Assembly: GCF_009914755.1 (NCBI RefSeq)
Contig: NC_060926.1
Origin: the human T2T-CHM13v2.0 reference genome, Homo sapiens
Direction: 5' to 3' (one strand)
DNA length: 64,000 nt
Shown: piece by piece, positions 48,030 through 63,875 of the stretch
Position numbering within the stretch: position 1 is the first letter of the stretch
Layout: every line of letters begins with the position of its first letter
The notes under the pieces: generated by a model
Seen by the model: only the letters and a program-made list of their open reading frames with translations
The model's database searches: none
Told to the model about the DNA's origin: nothing
Translations under genes and position numbers: made by a program

Positions 48030-49155
48030 ATCCAGAACATAATGTGCCTCCACTTTGCCTCCCACCTCCATGGCAATTTATTCTCAGTCCCCACTGCCTC
48101 TCTCCAATCTCAAAATTTTGGAGTTTTCCCATCTCAGTCCTTGGATCTCTTCTGGATTTCAGTCTTTTAGTCATTTCGTTGTTTCGTGAATTTGAACATA
48201 CTCTACATGCTGACCACTTCAAAATGTGTATCTCTGGCCCAGTTCTTTCCTCTTAATTCAAGACTAACACTTTCACTTTAATGGTTAATATGTATTTCAC
48301 ATTTAATACCTCAAAAATAATTTTTTAAACGTCTCCCAAAACTACATTTACATTCCCCACACTAACAGCTCCCCACCCCCATTTCAGGAATATGAACTTT
48401 ACTCTTGCAGTTGCCCAGGCCAAGAAGTTTAGAGTTGTGCTTTAGTTCTCTTACCCTCAACACTCCTCAACATTGGCACAGCTTAATCTTCTAAATGCAT
48501 GCATATGTCAACCACTTCACTTTACCTTCCCTGGTAGCACTCTGTTCTAAGTCTGAATTATTATAACTTTTCAGTTGGTCTCCATGATACCACTCTTACT
48601 CTCATAGAGTCAACAGGAGAAACACTTAAGTCATATCATGCCACTTCTTTCTGCAAAATCCTCCAGTGGCTTCTCTTCACATTACAGCAGAAACCCAATT
48701 GCTTATAGTGGCAAACAAAGGTTCATATATAACACTCTGACTTAATCTTTGTTTCTATCACCTGCCTCCCATTACTCCATGCCATCTATACTGGCCTCAG
48801 TGATGTCCTATGAGCGTATGAGGGGGAACAGTTCTGCCTCCAATCCTCTGCCTTGAGTGAATGCTCTTTCTTCAGATGTACATAAGGCTCATGTTCTCAC
48901 CTCCTTCAGATCTTCAAGGGGCTTTCTTTGAAGCCTCCCTTTACCAAAACACTGAGAAATTCAACTACCACCTCTGCACTCTCTGCCCCTTCTCTGGATT
49001 TTTTTTCATGATTTATCATGTCATCATTTGACATTTCAAATTTTACTTCTATTTTTAATTTTCTCTGTTCCTCAATTATGCTGATATTTTTGCTATATTC
49101 ATACTCTAGCATCTCCAATATGCTCTCCAATAATATTTGCCAAATGCTGAATGAG
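48030..49155 (+). mobile_element. L2 (L2a-like) 3' region
   Basis: catgctgaccacttcaaaatgtgtatctct...cagttgcccaggccaag...aaaatcctccagtggcttct...atatttgccaaatgctgaatga. Confidence 0.75.
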
Positions 49156-50917
49156 GCTTTCAGTTCTCAAATCATATCGTGTACCTAGTCTGAATCAATG
49201 TTTATATTCAAAGCTGTACCTGAAGCCAGCCCGGTATCTATTTTAAATCAAAAAATCTTCTTGCTGATTTTTTTTGTCATATGTATTATGAAAGTCAAGA
49301 AAAGATCATTGCTTTATTTTACTTGCTGAATTTGAAACAATGTCTAGGTTTATAAAAATCCAGTGAGAGCTTTCCCAGAATAATATTATTGGCAGATAAT
49401 TCTCTAAAATATTGAATTTTTATCCATAAGCTTGTATTGCCAGTATTTTTATAGACAACAAAAACTGTGAACTATAGAATGTCATGTGCCACAGAGATTC
49501 TAAAATTAACTACTAAAATTAATACATTGAACTTGGACTTAAAGAGCTCTGAGTTATCTTTGCTAAGTGGATTAGCTCAAATCTATTTCAAGACTAATAT
49601 GTAAATTATTAAAGTATTATTACCAATTGGTAATATTTAAATTATTAAATTTAGGGGGAGGATAGCAGAAAAGCCACACAATATGGTTTAAGTGAAATTG
49701 CAAACAGTTATTTAAAAAACACTCTATCAGGTTTTGATTATCACCATGGTTAGTGAAATTGTGATCATCTACAGAGCCAAGGAATTAAAGTGATTTTATA
49801 CTAGATAGTACATTCCAATATGTGTAGTAGTGTTTCTTTACATAATATCCTAACTGCAATTAGCATTTGTAATACTTAAATCTGGAACTTATGTCTAATC
49901 TAATCTTTTCTGAGGCAGTAATTTGCTTTGTTCTCTGATTTATATATATGTTTAACTGCCATGTTTCTGTTATAATAATTATTCAAAAGTTTTCAGATCT
50001 GCAAGCATCTGGTAGGCACAAATGATCACCCAAGGGAAGCATCCCTTATATATTTTCCTTTACTGAATTTCAGGAAGTCCCAGACAATAATTTAGAAACA
50101 ACAAATACTTTCACCGTCCAATTCTTCATAATTTGATTGGACAAATTTTAGTTGTCCAATAGATCAATATTTGACAGCCCTTTGTGTTTCTTAGAAAATC
50201 ATTATCACTAACCTCTATACCTCTATTTCTTAACCATATCTAAACAGTAAAAATGTCTTTCTTAATGTCTTAAGTAGAATTTTAGACTTCTGACTTATGC
50301 CAGTGGAAAGAAGGGTGTTTATTTAATTTTTTGTGCTCCTACTCAATCTCACATTACTTAACAAGCTACAGCCTAAGGTTCTTCCGTTGAAACATCAACA
50401 TTCTGGGCTCCCTCAGGATTTTAAGCATTATCATTCATATCTCAGAGAATGGATAAGCTCCACCAAAATTCTCACAGTTCTTTCTGAAGAAAAACTTTAT
50501 ACCAGTCTCTGTGTTAGGTTCTACACACACATAGGTGAGTTACATCAGCTTGAATCTCAAGGAGTTAAAGACACACTATATTTTTGTTTATAAAGCTCTT
50601 TCACACATATTATGGTTTAATCTTTATAATGACCTTTTGGTATTTTAAAAATAAGTATATTAGTGAATTATAATCCATAGTGAATTAAAATGCTCCTTTT
50701 TCTACATTAAATACTACTTTAATTTACCACATGAAACATTTTTATTATATACAATTATATATAGTACATTTCCTTAAAAATTACAGTATATTCACAAATA
50801 ACATATGCATAAAAGAAGTTGGTATATAAAGGTATATAGTATCTAAAATAAGTGATGGGTATCTATTTGCCTTTGATGTTTTCACTTTTTAATATAATTT
50901 TTAAAATAATGGAAATA

Positions 50918-51314
<397 letters not shown>

Positions 51315-52809
51315 TCACACAGATCTATCTACAAGTGACTGTGCTGCAACAGGAGTAACTAACATATCCCTCAACCTCCTACAGTCTATGACAATCACTT
51401 CCCAATAAATTAATAAGCAAGTCCCAATCAAAGATTTCCCAGATTGCTTTCCACACAAACAACATTATTCCGAGTGTCTTAAATACATATCCAATGGAAG
51501 AACATTTTAATTTCAAAGTTTTTATTAAGTAATTCAAATGAATCATAACTTGTGCTTTCCATACATATTACCCATAATGAGCAATCTATTAATCTATCAA
51601 AATGTACCTATAATTAAACTATCAATCTATTTTTTGTAATTGATAACATGTAAATAAAAATAAATTACCAGAAAGTTGAAATCATTTTATTGGTAATTTT
51701 ACTTTGTCATATACATCAAGATAAAAACTGTCAGACTACACTAGATTCACAGACAATTGTTTTGGTGTTAAGAGAAAGCAAATTTATGGACTGCATAAAA
51801 AATAATTATAACAAAAGTAATTAAAAAGAGTAGATTTGAAGTTGCCTTGTCACTAAGAATCAAAAAAAATTGGCTAGAAATATTTTATTGTGCTATAAGT
51901 GAACATAGAGAATTTATATGTAACATACCTTCCTTTTGACATGTGTGAATGTGTATGTACTTATACACGTGTGTTTACATTTGCATGTGAATCTTTCTTC
52001 TTCTTTTTACTTTTCTAAAAGGAAAGCCTTTTATTTCCATACAAGCAAATCTGTGTTGCCATGAAATGAAGGATTAGGCGATTGGTAGTGAGATCTTGAT
52101 AACAGTGGTGAGAAACTATGATATTAAAGAGGAAAGTTCTTTTGAAGGCTTAGCCAAGATAAACAATGACCTTGAGAAGCTGGGGTTTCAATGTAAGAAA
52201 GACACCACAGGCCTCCTGTTAGTAAATGCCAAGTAAATACAGATGCAGGTAGAATACACTCCATGGGATTTTGAAAGTACCTGATTCATAATAAAACAGT
52301 GCTTAAAATTGTAAAACTCCCTTTTCTTTTCTTTGTAAAAATTGCATGGAGTTGGCTGAGGTATTGTTCTTGTTCAAAAAACAGTTTCATAAAGAAATGT
52401 GTTAGAATCAAACAAGTAGATCAGCTAGTGCTATCACTTATATAAGAAAAAACATTACCATAAAAATACCCTTAAGAACTTTTTCTGACTCCATATTATG
52501 GGCTTCTAAAATTAAAACACGGTTCAAAGTAATTCAAACAGAGTCATCCTCAAAAGGCTTTGCCTGTATTAAGTCTCCTCTCCATGACAAAATGATCTTC
52601 CTCTTATTGCCTCTAAAAACAACCTCCCAGAATGTTCCAATTGATGTTCCAACTTTCTTATTTTGTTGGCTCTAAAAGCTTGCCTAATACTGAGATGTAT
52701 TTAAGGCTGACACTGATATCAGACATCAGATTCTACACCTTCGAAATTCAGGGTGACATATATGAGGTTTCTTTATTAGGAGTAGAGAATATAAAATGTC
52801 TAATATAAA

Positions 52810-52828
52810 ATTGCCCCCTAGTGGCAGT
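52810..52828 (-). promoter_or_regulatory. Candidate CTCF binding site
   Basis: Reverse complement actgCCACTAGGGGGCAat closely matches the CTCF core CCASYAGRKGGCRS; an isolated GC-rich word in AT-rich context. Confidence 0.6.
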
Positions 52829-52840
52829 AAAAAGCTCTCA

Positions 52841-53246
<406 letters not shown>

Positions 53247-55749
53247 TCAACTCTTTTACTTTCCATGAGGTGTAGACTTATATAAAGAACACAGTAATAA
53301 ATGTTATTAAGTCTCACCCTCTCTAGAATGAGAAATAGAATTTGATTGCAACCATATCATGAGAATTTAGCAGGGCATAAAACAGCTACTTAACCTCCAG
53401 CCTTATAGCAACCCTTTATCCTCCATAACTTTCTTTTAGAATCATGACACATAAAACACACTGCTACTAGAGAATACAATATATCCCAACTGGAGACTCT
53501 ATCCATCTTGATTAACATGTAATCAATAACGTTCCTTTTATACAATTAAGTCGTCTTGAGTCAAGTAAGTGACATAACTTTTTAAGATGACAGAAATATA
53601 ATTTTTTCCCAAAAGGTCATAAGGAATTACAATTTCCATAGAAAATATTACTTTATATAAATATCAGGGCTATAAGAAACATTGCCAGGGCAATCTACTT
53701 TTTAATGAAATAATTAGTAAAGTCTTAAAAATTGTTTTGCAAATAATTAACAATGTTAAAATATGTTAAAAGAGACTATTAATACTTTCTGCTCTTTTTC
53801 ATCCACATAACTCATTATCTAGCAAAGAAACAAGACCAACAAAATAATATATCATCTCAGTTCTAGTAACTATTAGACATTGTAAGGCCCTGTAATTGCC
53901 AATTAATAAAACCAATATTCCATTAGCATTTTTACAATATATCACTTTTTCTTCTACTCCTTTTCCTTTTCTTTCTCCTGCTTTTTTTTTCTTTTAACAG
54001 TCTTTTCTCTGTCTTTATGTCTACAAAATGGCTACAAGAAGTCTTAGGTATTCTGTTTTACAACACATATTTCAGACATTGACTATTTTATAATAAACTT
54101 AATTCTAAAGAGCAATAGCATTGGATTCATATCAGTGTATTGTAATAATTATGCTTTCATTATTTCATCTTTGTTCTTGAGCCGTAATAACCATGAAGTG
54201 TTTGCACTAATACTGTTGTAGTTGTTCTTAAACATATACAAATTATAAAAATAAGGCAATGGGAGTAAGAGTTTAGATTTACAGCAAACTATATGTTTCT
54301 GCTAGTTTTGACACTAGTTTGCAGTTACCCTACCAACCTGAGCCATAAACAGAAACTAAGCACAGATTGGATAATAAAAGCATAATATGTATATATGAAG
54401 GTTTTTCTATGGAGAAGGAATACAAATGAGGGAATATTTTTTAAATTTTAAAAAGTGAATAGGTATCTATAGGAAAGCCCCATTAATGGATATTGCGTGT
54501 GTTTTTAATTGTTTTTCTGGACTGAACACGGTTCAAAGCAAAAGAAGAGTCCTACCCTGCTTATAGTTACAAGCACAAAAGAATAAAAAACAGAGGCTCA
54601 AATACACATTCTTTAAAAACACGGATCGCATGTTCTATTGACAGGCACAAAACATAGAAAGTAGAAAGCAGTTAAATGTACATTTTCATATTACTGAATC
54701 TGAAAGTGCCAGGAATTTTTTTTTATCTTCCTCCAAATGTTTCCTTTATGTTTGTATAACATAAATAGAAATGAAGTCTATTCAAAGCTGTATTTTATTG
54801 ACCTGAAACCAAAGGATGAATTTTATAGTTAACTACTTAATTGGGTACCCAAAACAGCACTGCTCTTTGTTAACAAATTCACGAAATGTAGGCATCTTCA
54901 ATACAAAGAAGGACTTATGCAATAATCAGGATTTTGTGTAGCACACTGAGTCTTTAGTGGTGAGACACATCGGACATGAACACTAAAAGTTTTACCATGT
55001 CAGGTTTCAGGGCAGTGGCATTTAACTCATTGATGTATCTTGCAATCAGTGGACAATTTAAAAGGTAGAAATATGGTAATTAAATCCTAGAAACTGGTTA
55101 TGAAAAACTCGGCTTACATTTGCACAAGTCAAGCAGTATGGGCACATTTATCAAAAGGAAAACATACTATCCAAAGTCTGTCACATTTGGGGTTATGGAA
55201 CAATATAAAATGAGATTAATGTGTAAATTATATAAAATACAGAGCACAATTTTAAATAATATGCATAAACATGGATGATAGTGCTAGATCAATCAGAAAT
55301 GGAAAAATAAGAAATTCAATGAAAATCATTAAATTGAATTACAAGTATAATTGAATTATAATCATTCACTTAGAATCAGATTCCTATTAATAAATGAACG
55401 CACAGTCCACATAGACTGTTAGGTAAGATTTTTCCATACACTGGCTTAGAAAAGCAGTTAGGTGCTTACCATTGTTAATGTCCTCAATACTAAACCCTTT
55501 GCTAAAATTTAAAAAAAAATAAAGTAAAATAGAACACTGAATAAATATTTGGCAAATTGAATTTAGGCATGCAGATTTCTCTCCTCCTCTAATACTTTTA
55601 TGTAAAGGATTTTTGACTTGGCTGTTTTTGCTCCTATATGTGTTGATATCCCTACTAGGCTTTCAATTTTCTAATTTTTTTTTAGATTTTTAATAGGATA
55701 TTGCATTTATACACAAAATAATATATTGGGAAAATGTAAATTTTTTATG

Positions 55750-56015
55750 AGGTGAATTAGAAGCAGTGTGGTTAGGAAGTACAGCCTCTGAAACCAAACT
55801 ACCTGGTTTTGATCTACCTCAGTCACTTGCTAGCTTTGTAACATTGAAGAGGATATTTACTCATGCTGTGCCTCAGTTTCCTCATTTGTAAAACGAGGAT
55901 GTAATTCTGTATTTGCTCCTTCACAGATTTGTCATGAGAATTAAATGAGTTAAAGAATCACAGAATTTAAAGCAGTGCCCAGCACTAGATATATATTCAG
56001 TAAATAGTAGGTCTT
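55750..56015 (+). mobile_element. MIR, near full length
   Basis: Core ctgtgcctcagtttcctcatttgtaaaa...gagaattaaatgag...agcagtgcccagcac. Confidence 0.88.
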
Positions 56016-59000
56016 ATTGTAGAATTATGTTATTAATCAATTTCCTTTTTCTTAATTTTTACAATTGTAAAATCATAAGCATAGAAATTTTAAAGAAAAA
56101 TTATTGAAACAACTGAAATAGCACTCTTCTAAGACTTAAATTAGATGCTACTAAAATGTACAGGCTAGCATAGCCAATGACCAAATAGTGTATTTTAATT
56201 CCAAATTAGCGCACCCAAAATTTCTGTTTACTCAAACTGTTTAGAAAGCTGACATTTTTATTTTTTCTTGAGGGGGTCTCAGTTCCTGACCAACTCATCA
56301 GATTGTTCTTTTGTGTGAGCAAAAAACAAACTTAATTCCTTTCTTTCTGACTTTATGTGATCCTTACAATTAATGTTATTGAATCTAATTAGAGCTCTCC
56401 ATCTGAGTATTGATGATAACACATTTTTAGGGAAAAATTATAATGCTGAATAAGCAACAGGGACTATAACCAACATTCCACAAAATTCAAAGTAGTCTCT
56501 AAAAATCCCTAGAGGTTACAGGAAATAATGCACAGCTGTGATAAATGTTAAAAGAGAAGTGTCTACATAATGTCAAAACACTCAAAGTGAAAGTGAACAT
56601 CTCAATGAGGCCTCCAGATGCTTTCCCCACCTGTCAGTGAGCTCCTGTATGTCCATACAGCATCCTTAGCTCTCTACATGGAAACAAGTATCAAACTAGG
56701 TATAACCATTGCCTGCAAACCCACCACCAAGTCCAGGAAGCTTTGACAATGTATTGTGTTAACTTCTCACCTTCTTATCCCTAAGACGAGAACTATTTAT
56801 ATTTCGAGCCATAAGGCCAAAATAGCTTTTACGTTATTTTGCTATTTAATGTCAGAAAGTAGCAATTGCAGAAATACATGTGTGTTTCTGTACTGTACAC
56901 ATGACATTTAGTTCAAATTTTAATGTTTCAAGTGATTTGGGAGCAGTGACTAAAATCTGAACAACTATAGCAGCTAAGAAGTGAGAAATTCTCTCTAGCA
57001 AACTAGTCTATGTCTATCATTCTCTAATGTGATGTGTTTCTAATTTTTCACATAGCCTTATTAAAAGTTGCATGAGTACATAATATAATTTAGAAGGGCT
57101 TTCTTTTCATATGGTTGGCATCTGCAGAGGAGTTAATATTTGTTCTGGGCATCAGTGAGTACTAGAGATAAAATTAAATCTAACGCGTAGATCTCTTTTT
57201 CATCTAAGAAATCTCTTCTAAGCCTCGTTGACTGAAGGCCCAATATATATGTCAGGATATGGGGAACAAAAGAGGAAAATAAAAGTCTGAAAAAAATAGT
57301 TCTCTAATTCAATTTTACATTTTCTGTAATTTTATTTTATATACTAACTTGCTACTTAAATGTCTATTTTAAGTTTCTATAAAAATTAATTTAGAAAGAT
57401 AAAATTCATTTGTATGTTTTTAAGTACCTTGTTAGAATTAATTGAAAGACTTACCAATTGAGGTATTGCAAAGCACTATAAATAGAGTAACTTACTAAAG
57501 GGAATTTTTAAAATCTCATTTTTATTTGAAATTGACTTAGATAGTAATGTTCATTAAATACTCTGTTGACTTTTATGTTTTGTTTTGTTTTACCATAATT
57601 AATACGATAGTCACATAGGACACAAATTCAGTGAAATGTTTTTATTCTTCTTTATGATTTACTTCTTACACAATAAAATAACTCCAAACAACATATTTTA
57701 ACATTTCCATGGGCAGAAAAAGTCACCTATTTGTACATATGGGTTTCAAGAAATATGTTGAGCAAATCACTTCTGTAGGAATATATTTCCATAGCATAAT
57801 AGTGATTATTATTTATATTTTTAAAAAGAGGTTTTTAAAATTATATGAATAGTAAGCTCAAAAATCAAGAATATTTTTTCACTTCCACTCATATAGAATT
57901 TAGATATTTTTCATGCTATGTTTGAGTCACTTTAAATGTTTAACATAAACATGTATCTTATTATAACAGTCCAAAGCACTCTCTTGGCCTGGGTCTTACG
58001 AAAGACTACAATAGATGTTGGATATGAAATATGTTATTATATATTTTTCCAAGTTATCAATATTGTGTCTATAGCACAGAATACTAAAATTTCAGTAGTA
58101 TATGTTTAGAGGTTCTTGTCTTTACTATAAGGATAGAGAACATCTACTTTCCCTTGATTTACACACACACACAAACACGTACACACATGTGTACATTGTA
58201 ATATGTATGGTAAATACTTGAACATTTTACATAAGTAAAGTAGACATAAATAATGTGGCTTAACTATTAGAGGAGCTTGGCTGCATTCCCTTCGGAAATT
58301 AGTTGTAGGAACTCATACCTGCCTTCCAAATATCTCCTTAAAAGTTAACTAACCTCTATTTTCTCGAACTAATTTTTAATGTTGAAGATTAGAAGTCAGG
58401 AATTTTAACTTAATGAGGCAAGAATATATTCAAATAGAATGAGAGAAATGTTAAAACATCAAAACAAAGAAATCCCAGCCTTTGTTACAAGGAATGCAAA
58501 ATCAGCCATTTTGATTATGTATCCACAGCAGATACAAAAGTTAAATTTTAAAAATTAAAAAAAAAAAAACACTGGAGGGAGGCAAGGACAAAGTCAATTG
58601 TTATATAGTAGTAACCAGGAACATAGTGCCAATTTAGACCATGTCCATACCATGCCAGAAATATCACTCTCATTAATCTCTGTAGTTTATATCATATAGG
58701 CAAAGTATAGATATACACACTTATTTGGATCATTCATTGCATGGCATATTTTTTAATAAAAACTTTACCTTTAGGAATATTAATGTACCTATTAAAAAGA
58801 ATAAGCATGGCATTCAGGATCTTATGAAAACCTCATTTTATTTTTACTATTTATAATTGATCAGTGGGGAAAGCTTTTCTCTTACCACTAGATGAAAATT
58901 CTTCAAGCTCCATGATTTTTTTCTACAAAATGTTAAACAGTATATAGTTGCATGGCCATGTTAAGATAGACAGTAAACAATAAATCAGCATTTAAAAGGG

Positions 59001-59169
59001 TCCAGTCCAAAAAAAAAAACAATCTTCATTCGATGGAAAGACATTTTTCTTTCTGTGCCCTAGCAAGTCAGTTGATGGCTGGCAACCTATGCTGGGGCAA
59101 AGGGTTATGTTTGGCATCATTCTTTTCCAGTATACATTATGTATCCACCACTCATCTAATGCAGCTTTT

Positions 59170-61945
59170 GTTTTGTTTTGACAGATAAAATTATATGATA
59201 TAATGTTTTTAAATATATATAAGGCATACCTCATTTTATGGCACTTCACTTTATTACACTTCTCAGATGTTATTTTTTTTTCACAAATTGAAAGTTTATG
59301 GCTTCCCCATGTCAAGCAGTCTATAGGCACCATTTTCCCAATGGCATGTTTTCACTTTGTGTATCTGTCACAATTTGGTAATTCTCACAATATTCCAAAC
59401 GCTTTATTATTTTATCTGTTATGGCACTCTGTGATCAGTTATCCTTGATGTTACAGTTGTAGTTGTTTTGAGGTTCCACATACCGCACTCATGTAAGACC
59501 GCAAACTTAATCAGTAAATGTTGTGTGTGCTCTGACTGCTCCACTGACCACGTACTCCCACAAATCCCTCTTCTTCCCTGGCTTCCTTATTTCCTCAGAC
59601 ACAAGAATATTGAAATTAGGCCAATTAATGACCCTACATTGTCCTCCAAGAGATCAAGTGACAGAAAGAGTTGCACATTTCCCACTTTAAATCAAAAGCT
59701 AGAAATGATTAAGCTTAGCAAGGAAGTCATGTCAAAAGCCAAGATAGTCCTCTTGCACCAAACGCCCAAGTTGTGAATGCAAAGAAAAGGTTATTGAAGA
59801 CAATTAAAAGTACAACTCCAATGAACACACAAATGATAAGAAGCAAAATAGCCTTTTCGCAGACATGGAGAAAGTTTTAGTGGTCCAGATAGATCAAAAC
59901 AGCCACAAAATTACCTTAAGTCAAGGACTAATTCAGAGCAAGGCCCTAACTCTCTTCAATTCTATGAAGGCTAACAGAGGTGGGGAAGCTGTAGAAGAAA
60001 AGTTTCAAGTTAGCAGAAGTTGGTTCCATGAGGTTTAAGAAAAGAAGACATCTCCATAACATAAAAGTACAAGGTAGAGATGCAAGTACTGATAAAAACG
60101 CTGCAGCAAGTTATTCAGAGAATCTAGCTAAGATCATTGATGAAAGTAGGTACACTAAACAACAGATTTTCAATGTTAACAAAATAGCTTTATATCAGAA
60201 AATGCCATCTAGGAATGTAATAACTAGAAAGAAGTCAATGCCTAGCTTCAAAACTTCAAAGGACAGGCTGATTCTCTTGTTCACAGCTAATGCATCTGGT
60301 GATTTTTAAGAAGCCAATGCTCATTTGTCATTCAAAAACTCCTGGGACCCTTAGGAATTATGCTAAATCAATTCTTCCTGTGCTCTATAAATGGAACAGC
60401 AAAGCCTGAATGATGGAGCACCTTTTTACAGCATGGTTTACTAAATACTATAAGCCCACTGTTGAGACCTACTGCTCAGAAAAAAAAGATTTATTTCAAA
60501 ATGTTACTCTTTATTGACAATATACCTGGTTATCCAAGAGGTCTGATAGAGATGTGCGAGGAGATTAATGTTATTTTCATGCCTGCTAACAAAACATCCA
60601 TCCTGCAGCCCATAAATCAAGGAGTGATTTTAACTTTCAAGTCTTATTATTTAGGAAATATATTTCTTAAAGCAATACTTGTCATATGTAGTGATTACTC
60701 AGAGGGATCTGGGCAAAGCAAATTGAAAACCTTCTGGAAAAGATTGACTATCCTACATGCCATTAAGGACATTCATGATTCATGGGAGGAGCTCAACATA
60801 TCAACATTAACAGGAGTTTGGAAAAAGTTTATTCCAACCCTCATGGATGACTTTGAGGGTTTCAAGACTTCAGGGGAGAAAGTAACTGCAGATGTGGTGA
60901 AAATAGCTAGAGAACTACAATTAGAAGTAGATCCTGAAGATGTGACTGAATTGCTGCAATCTTAAGATAATATCTGAATGATGAGGAGTTGCTTCATATG
61001 GATCAGCAAAGAAAGTGGCTTCTTGAGATGGAATCTACTCTCCTGGCGAAGAAGCCATGCACATTGTTGAAATGACAACAAAGGATTTGGAGTATCATAC
61101 AAACTTAATTTATAAGGCAGCAGCAGGGTTTGAAAGGATTTACTCCAATTTTCAAAGAATTTCTGTTAAACAGCATCACATACTGAAGAGAAATTTTTTA
61201 CGAAAGGAAGAATTAATTGATGCAGCAAACTTCATTGTTTTCTTATTTTAAGAAATTGCCACAGCCACTCCAGCCTTTAGCAACCACCACCCTGATCAAT
61301 CAGAAGCCATCAACATGGGTACAAGACCCTCCATCAGCAAAAATATTACAATTAATTGAAGGCTTAGGTCATCGTTAGCATTTGTTAATGATAAATTATT
61401 TTAAATTAAGGTATGTACATCCTTTAAACATAATGCTATTACATACTTAATAGACTATAGTATAATGTAAACATAACTTTTATATTAATGAGAGACTCAA
61501 TAAAGCATGTGATACTTTATTCCAATATTCACTTCATTATGGTGATCTGCAACCAAATCCACATATTATAGAGGTTTGCCTGTACATTGTGGAACGGACA
61601 AATCAAGCTAATTAGCATATGCACTACCTCACATCACTGTTAGTTTTGTAGTAAGAACACTCAAAATCTTGGCATTTTTCAAAAATATGATATATTATTA
61701 TTAACTATGGTTACCATTTTATACAATAGGTCTCTTGAACTTATTCCTCCTGTTTAACTGAGATGTTATACCCTTTGATCGACATCTTTCAAATTCCTCC
61801 CCCACCACTGCCCCAATTGCTGGTAACCACCATTCTACTCTCTTCTTCTATGAGATCAGTTTTCCTAGATTATACATTTGAATGACATGGTGCAGTATTT
61901 TTCTTTCTGTTCCTTGCTTATTTTACTTAACCTAATGTTTTGACC
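59170..61945 (-). mobile_element. L1MA 3' end, split by Tigger1 (pieces ~59170-59220 and ~61585-61945)
   Basis: ttgacagataaaatt...aaatata[Tigger1]tacattgtggaa...aatcaagctaattagcatatgcactacctcacat...ggtaaccaccattctactc. Confidence 0.8.
59221..61582 (+). mobile_element. Tigger1 DNA transposon, near full length (~2.36 kb), inactive
   Basis: TIRs aggcatacctc / gaggtttgcctg with flanking TA; transposase fragments [23 protein letters not shown] and [11 protein letters not shown]...[18 protein letters not shown]. Confidence 0.95.
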
Positions 61946-62783
61946 CACAGTCGGGGAAAAATAGGAAGCTTCTAGAGACAGCATACCAAAATTTGCCCAA
62001 GCCTGGTACCTGGTGTTCTCCTAAGCAAGCACTGGCACTTCTCCCAGTGGGGCTTTCTATTATCCTCCTGCTCTCCTGGATGTGCTGATCCACTTTACAC
62101 TACAGTCTTCCTGTTGAAGCCTCCTCCTTCTTCAGAAGCTTTTCCTTGCCCAAGATTTAATATAGCACCAGACATTTCTCTCTGAAATGTCTGAAGAGGC
62201 CCACCATGGGAAAGACTACTGCATCCTTGCCTGGCCTTTGGTGGGAATGCAGTTATGTCCCACACTTAGTCCTCTGCCTACTCTCCTTATCGCCCTCAGA
62301 TGTGAGTGAGGAACAAGTCTATTATGTCTCTCAACGTAAAGAACACCTCAAACTCTCTAAGGCATTTTGTTGAAGTCCATTTTGCCTAAGTTTGAGAAAA
62401 AGGAAGCAGCATCCTCCGCTTCTGGCTCTTTGGTGTAAATAGGGGCTTATGCAAGGCAATAGCTCATCTCAGGAAATCCGCTCATGAATGCTCCATTATT
62501 TTTGTCAAATTATCATTCCCACTCATATGAGGCTTAGGGTTTGTTTTGTTTTGCTTGTTTTTAAGAATCATTGAACTTTTTCTCTAGCAGGTTTTTTTTT
62601 TTAAGTTTTGTCTTTTTCAGAACTTCCTTTGGTATCTGATATCTATTGAATTTGGATGTTTCTATACAAATGCTAAAATTAACATCTTTTTTTTTTTACT
62701 AGGTAGGTACTAGCATCTCTGTGGAGAAATCACTTTTGTGAAATGTAACTAATATTTATCATCCTCATAAAAGTGACGAAGTA

Positions 62784-63125
<342 letters not shown>

Positions 63126-63875
63126 TCAAGTGGAGCCCAAGGGTCCAGAGATGGAATTGCAACATTGTTTACCGGAAGTAGATAGAAATCTGAAGAGTTA
63201 GATGAGGTGTTCAGATTAGGATGTGCTAAGCATCAATCAAGTGTAATTGTGTTAAACATAAGAAGTGGGGAAAAAAGATTTGGAAGAAAAAGAGTAAATC
63301 CCAGAAATCATTAAAAGCAGATTTTAGTCAAGTGGAACTTAAGAATATTTCGACTAAAAAAGCCAGGCTGCCTATTATCTTTTACTGTTGATCGCTGAAA
63401 GCATGACATAGACAACAGACAAAATTAAAAACATAAATTTAATGCAGGCAGGCTGTTCATTATACTTTTGTTTTTGCTAATGTGATGATTTCCTTGAATT
63501 GTATTAGCAAAATAAAGGAGTGATTAATACATTGATACCAAGGATCATATGAAGGCTCACAAATGAAGAACATCAACCATGTTAAAGTAGGTTTAATGAT
63601 CAGTTATCAAATAGTTTTAATGTAAAGTAGCAAAAGAGTAGATAATTCAAAGTCAAATTGTGCTCAAGTTCCTACCAGAAATGGGAGAGATAATTTCTGC
63701 CAACGTGGACAAGTTACATAATCATTCTATGACTATTTTCAAATACCTATCAGACATATTCTAACTCTGGTACCAAAATTCTGTTTTTCTAGTGAAGCTC
63801 ATAGGTGTCCAGGACACTGGAAATGGGAAAGCTATTCTTTATTTCAAATCACTTTGAATTTTTCCTTTTATTTAT

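Noticed and set aside
53943-54053. Long polypyrimidine tract ending aacag as an exon acceptor
   Set aside because: Only a weak donor follows and there is no coding signal; low-complexity origin is sufficient
60462-60965. TIGD1-like gene
   Set aside because: Fragment of a Tigger1 copy with multiple stops, frameshifts and a mutated catalytic Asp
61945-62520. Moderately GC-rich segment, possibly LTR- or L1-derived
   Set aside because: No termini, TSD or consensus match recognised
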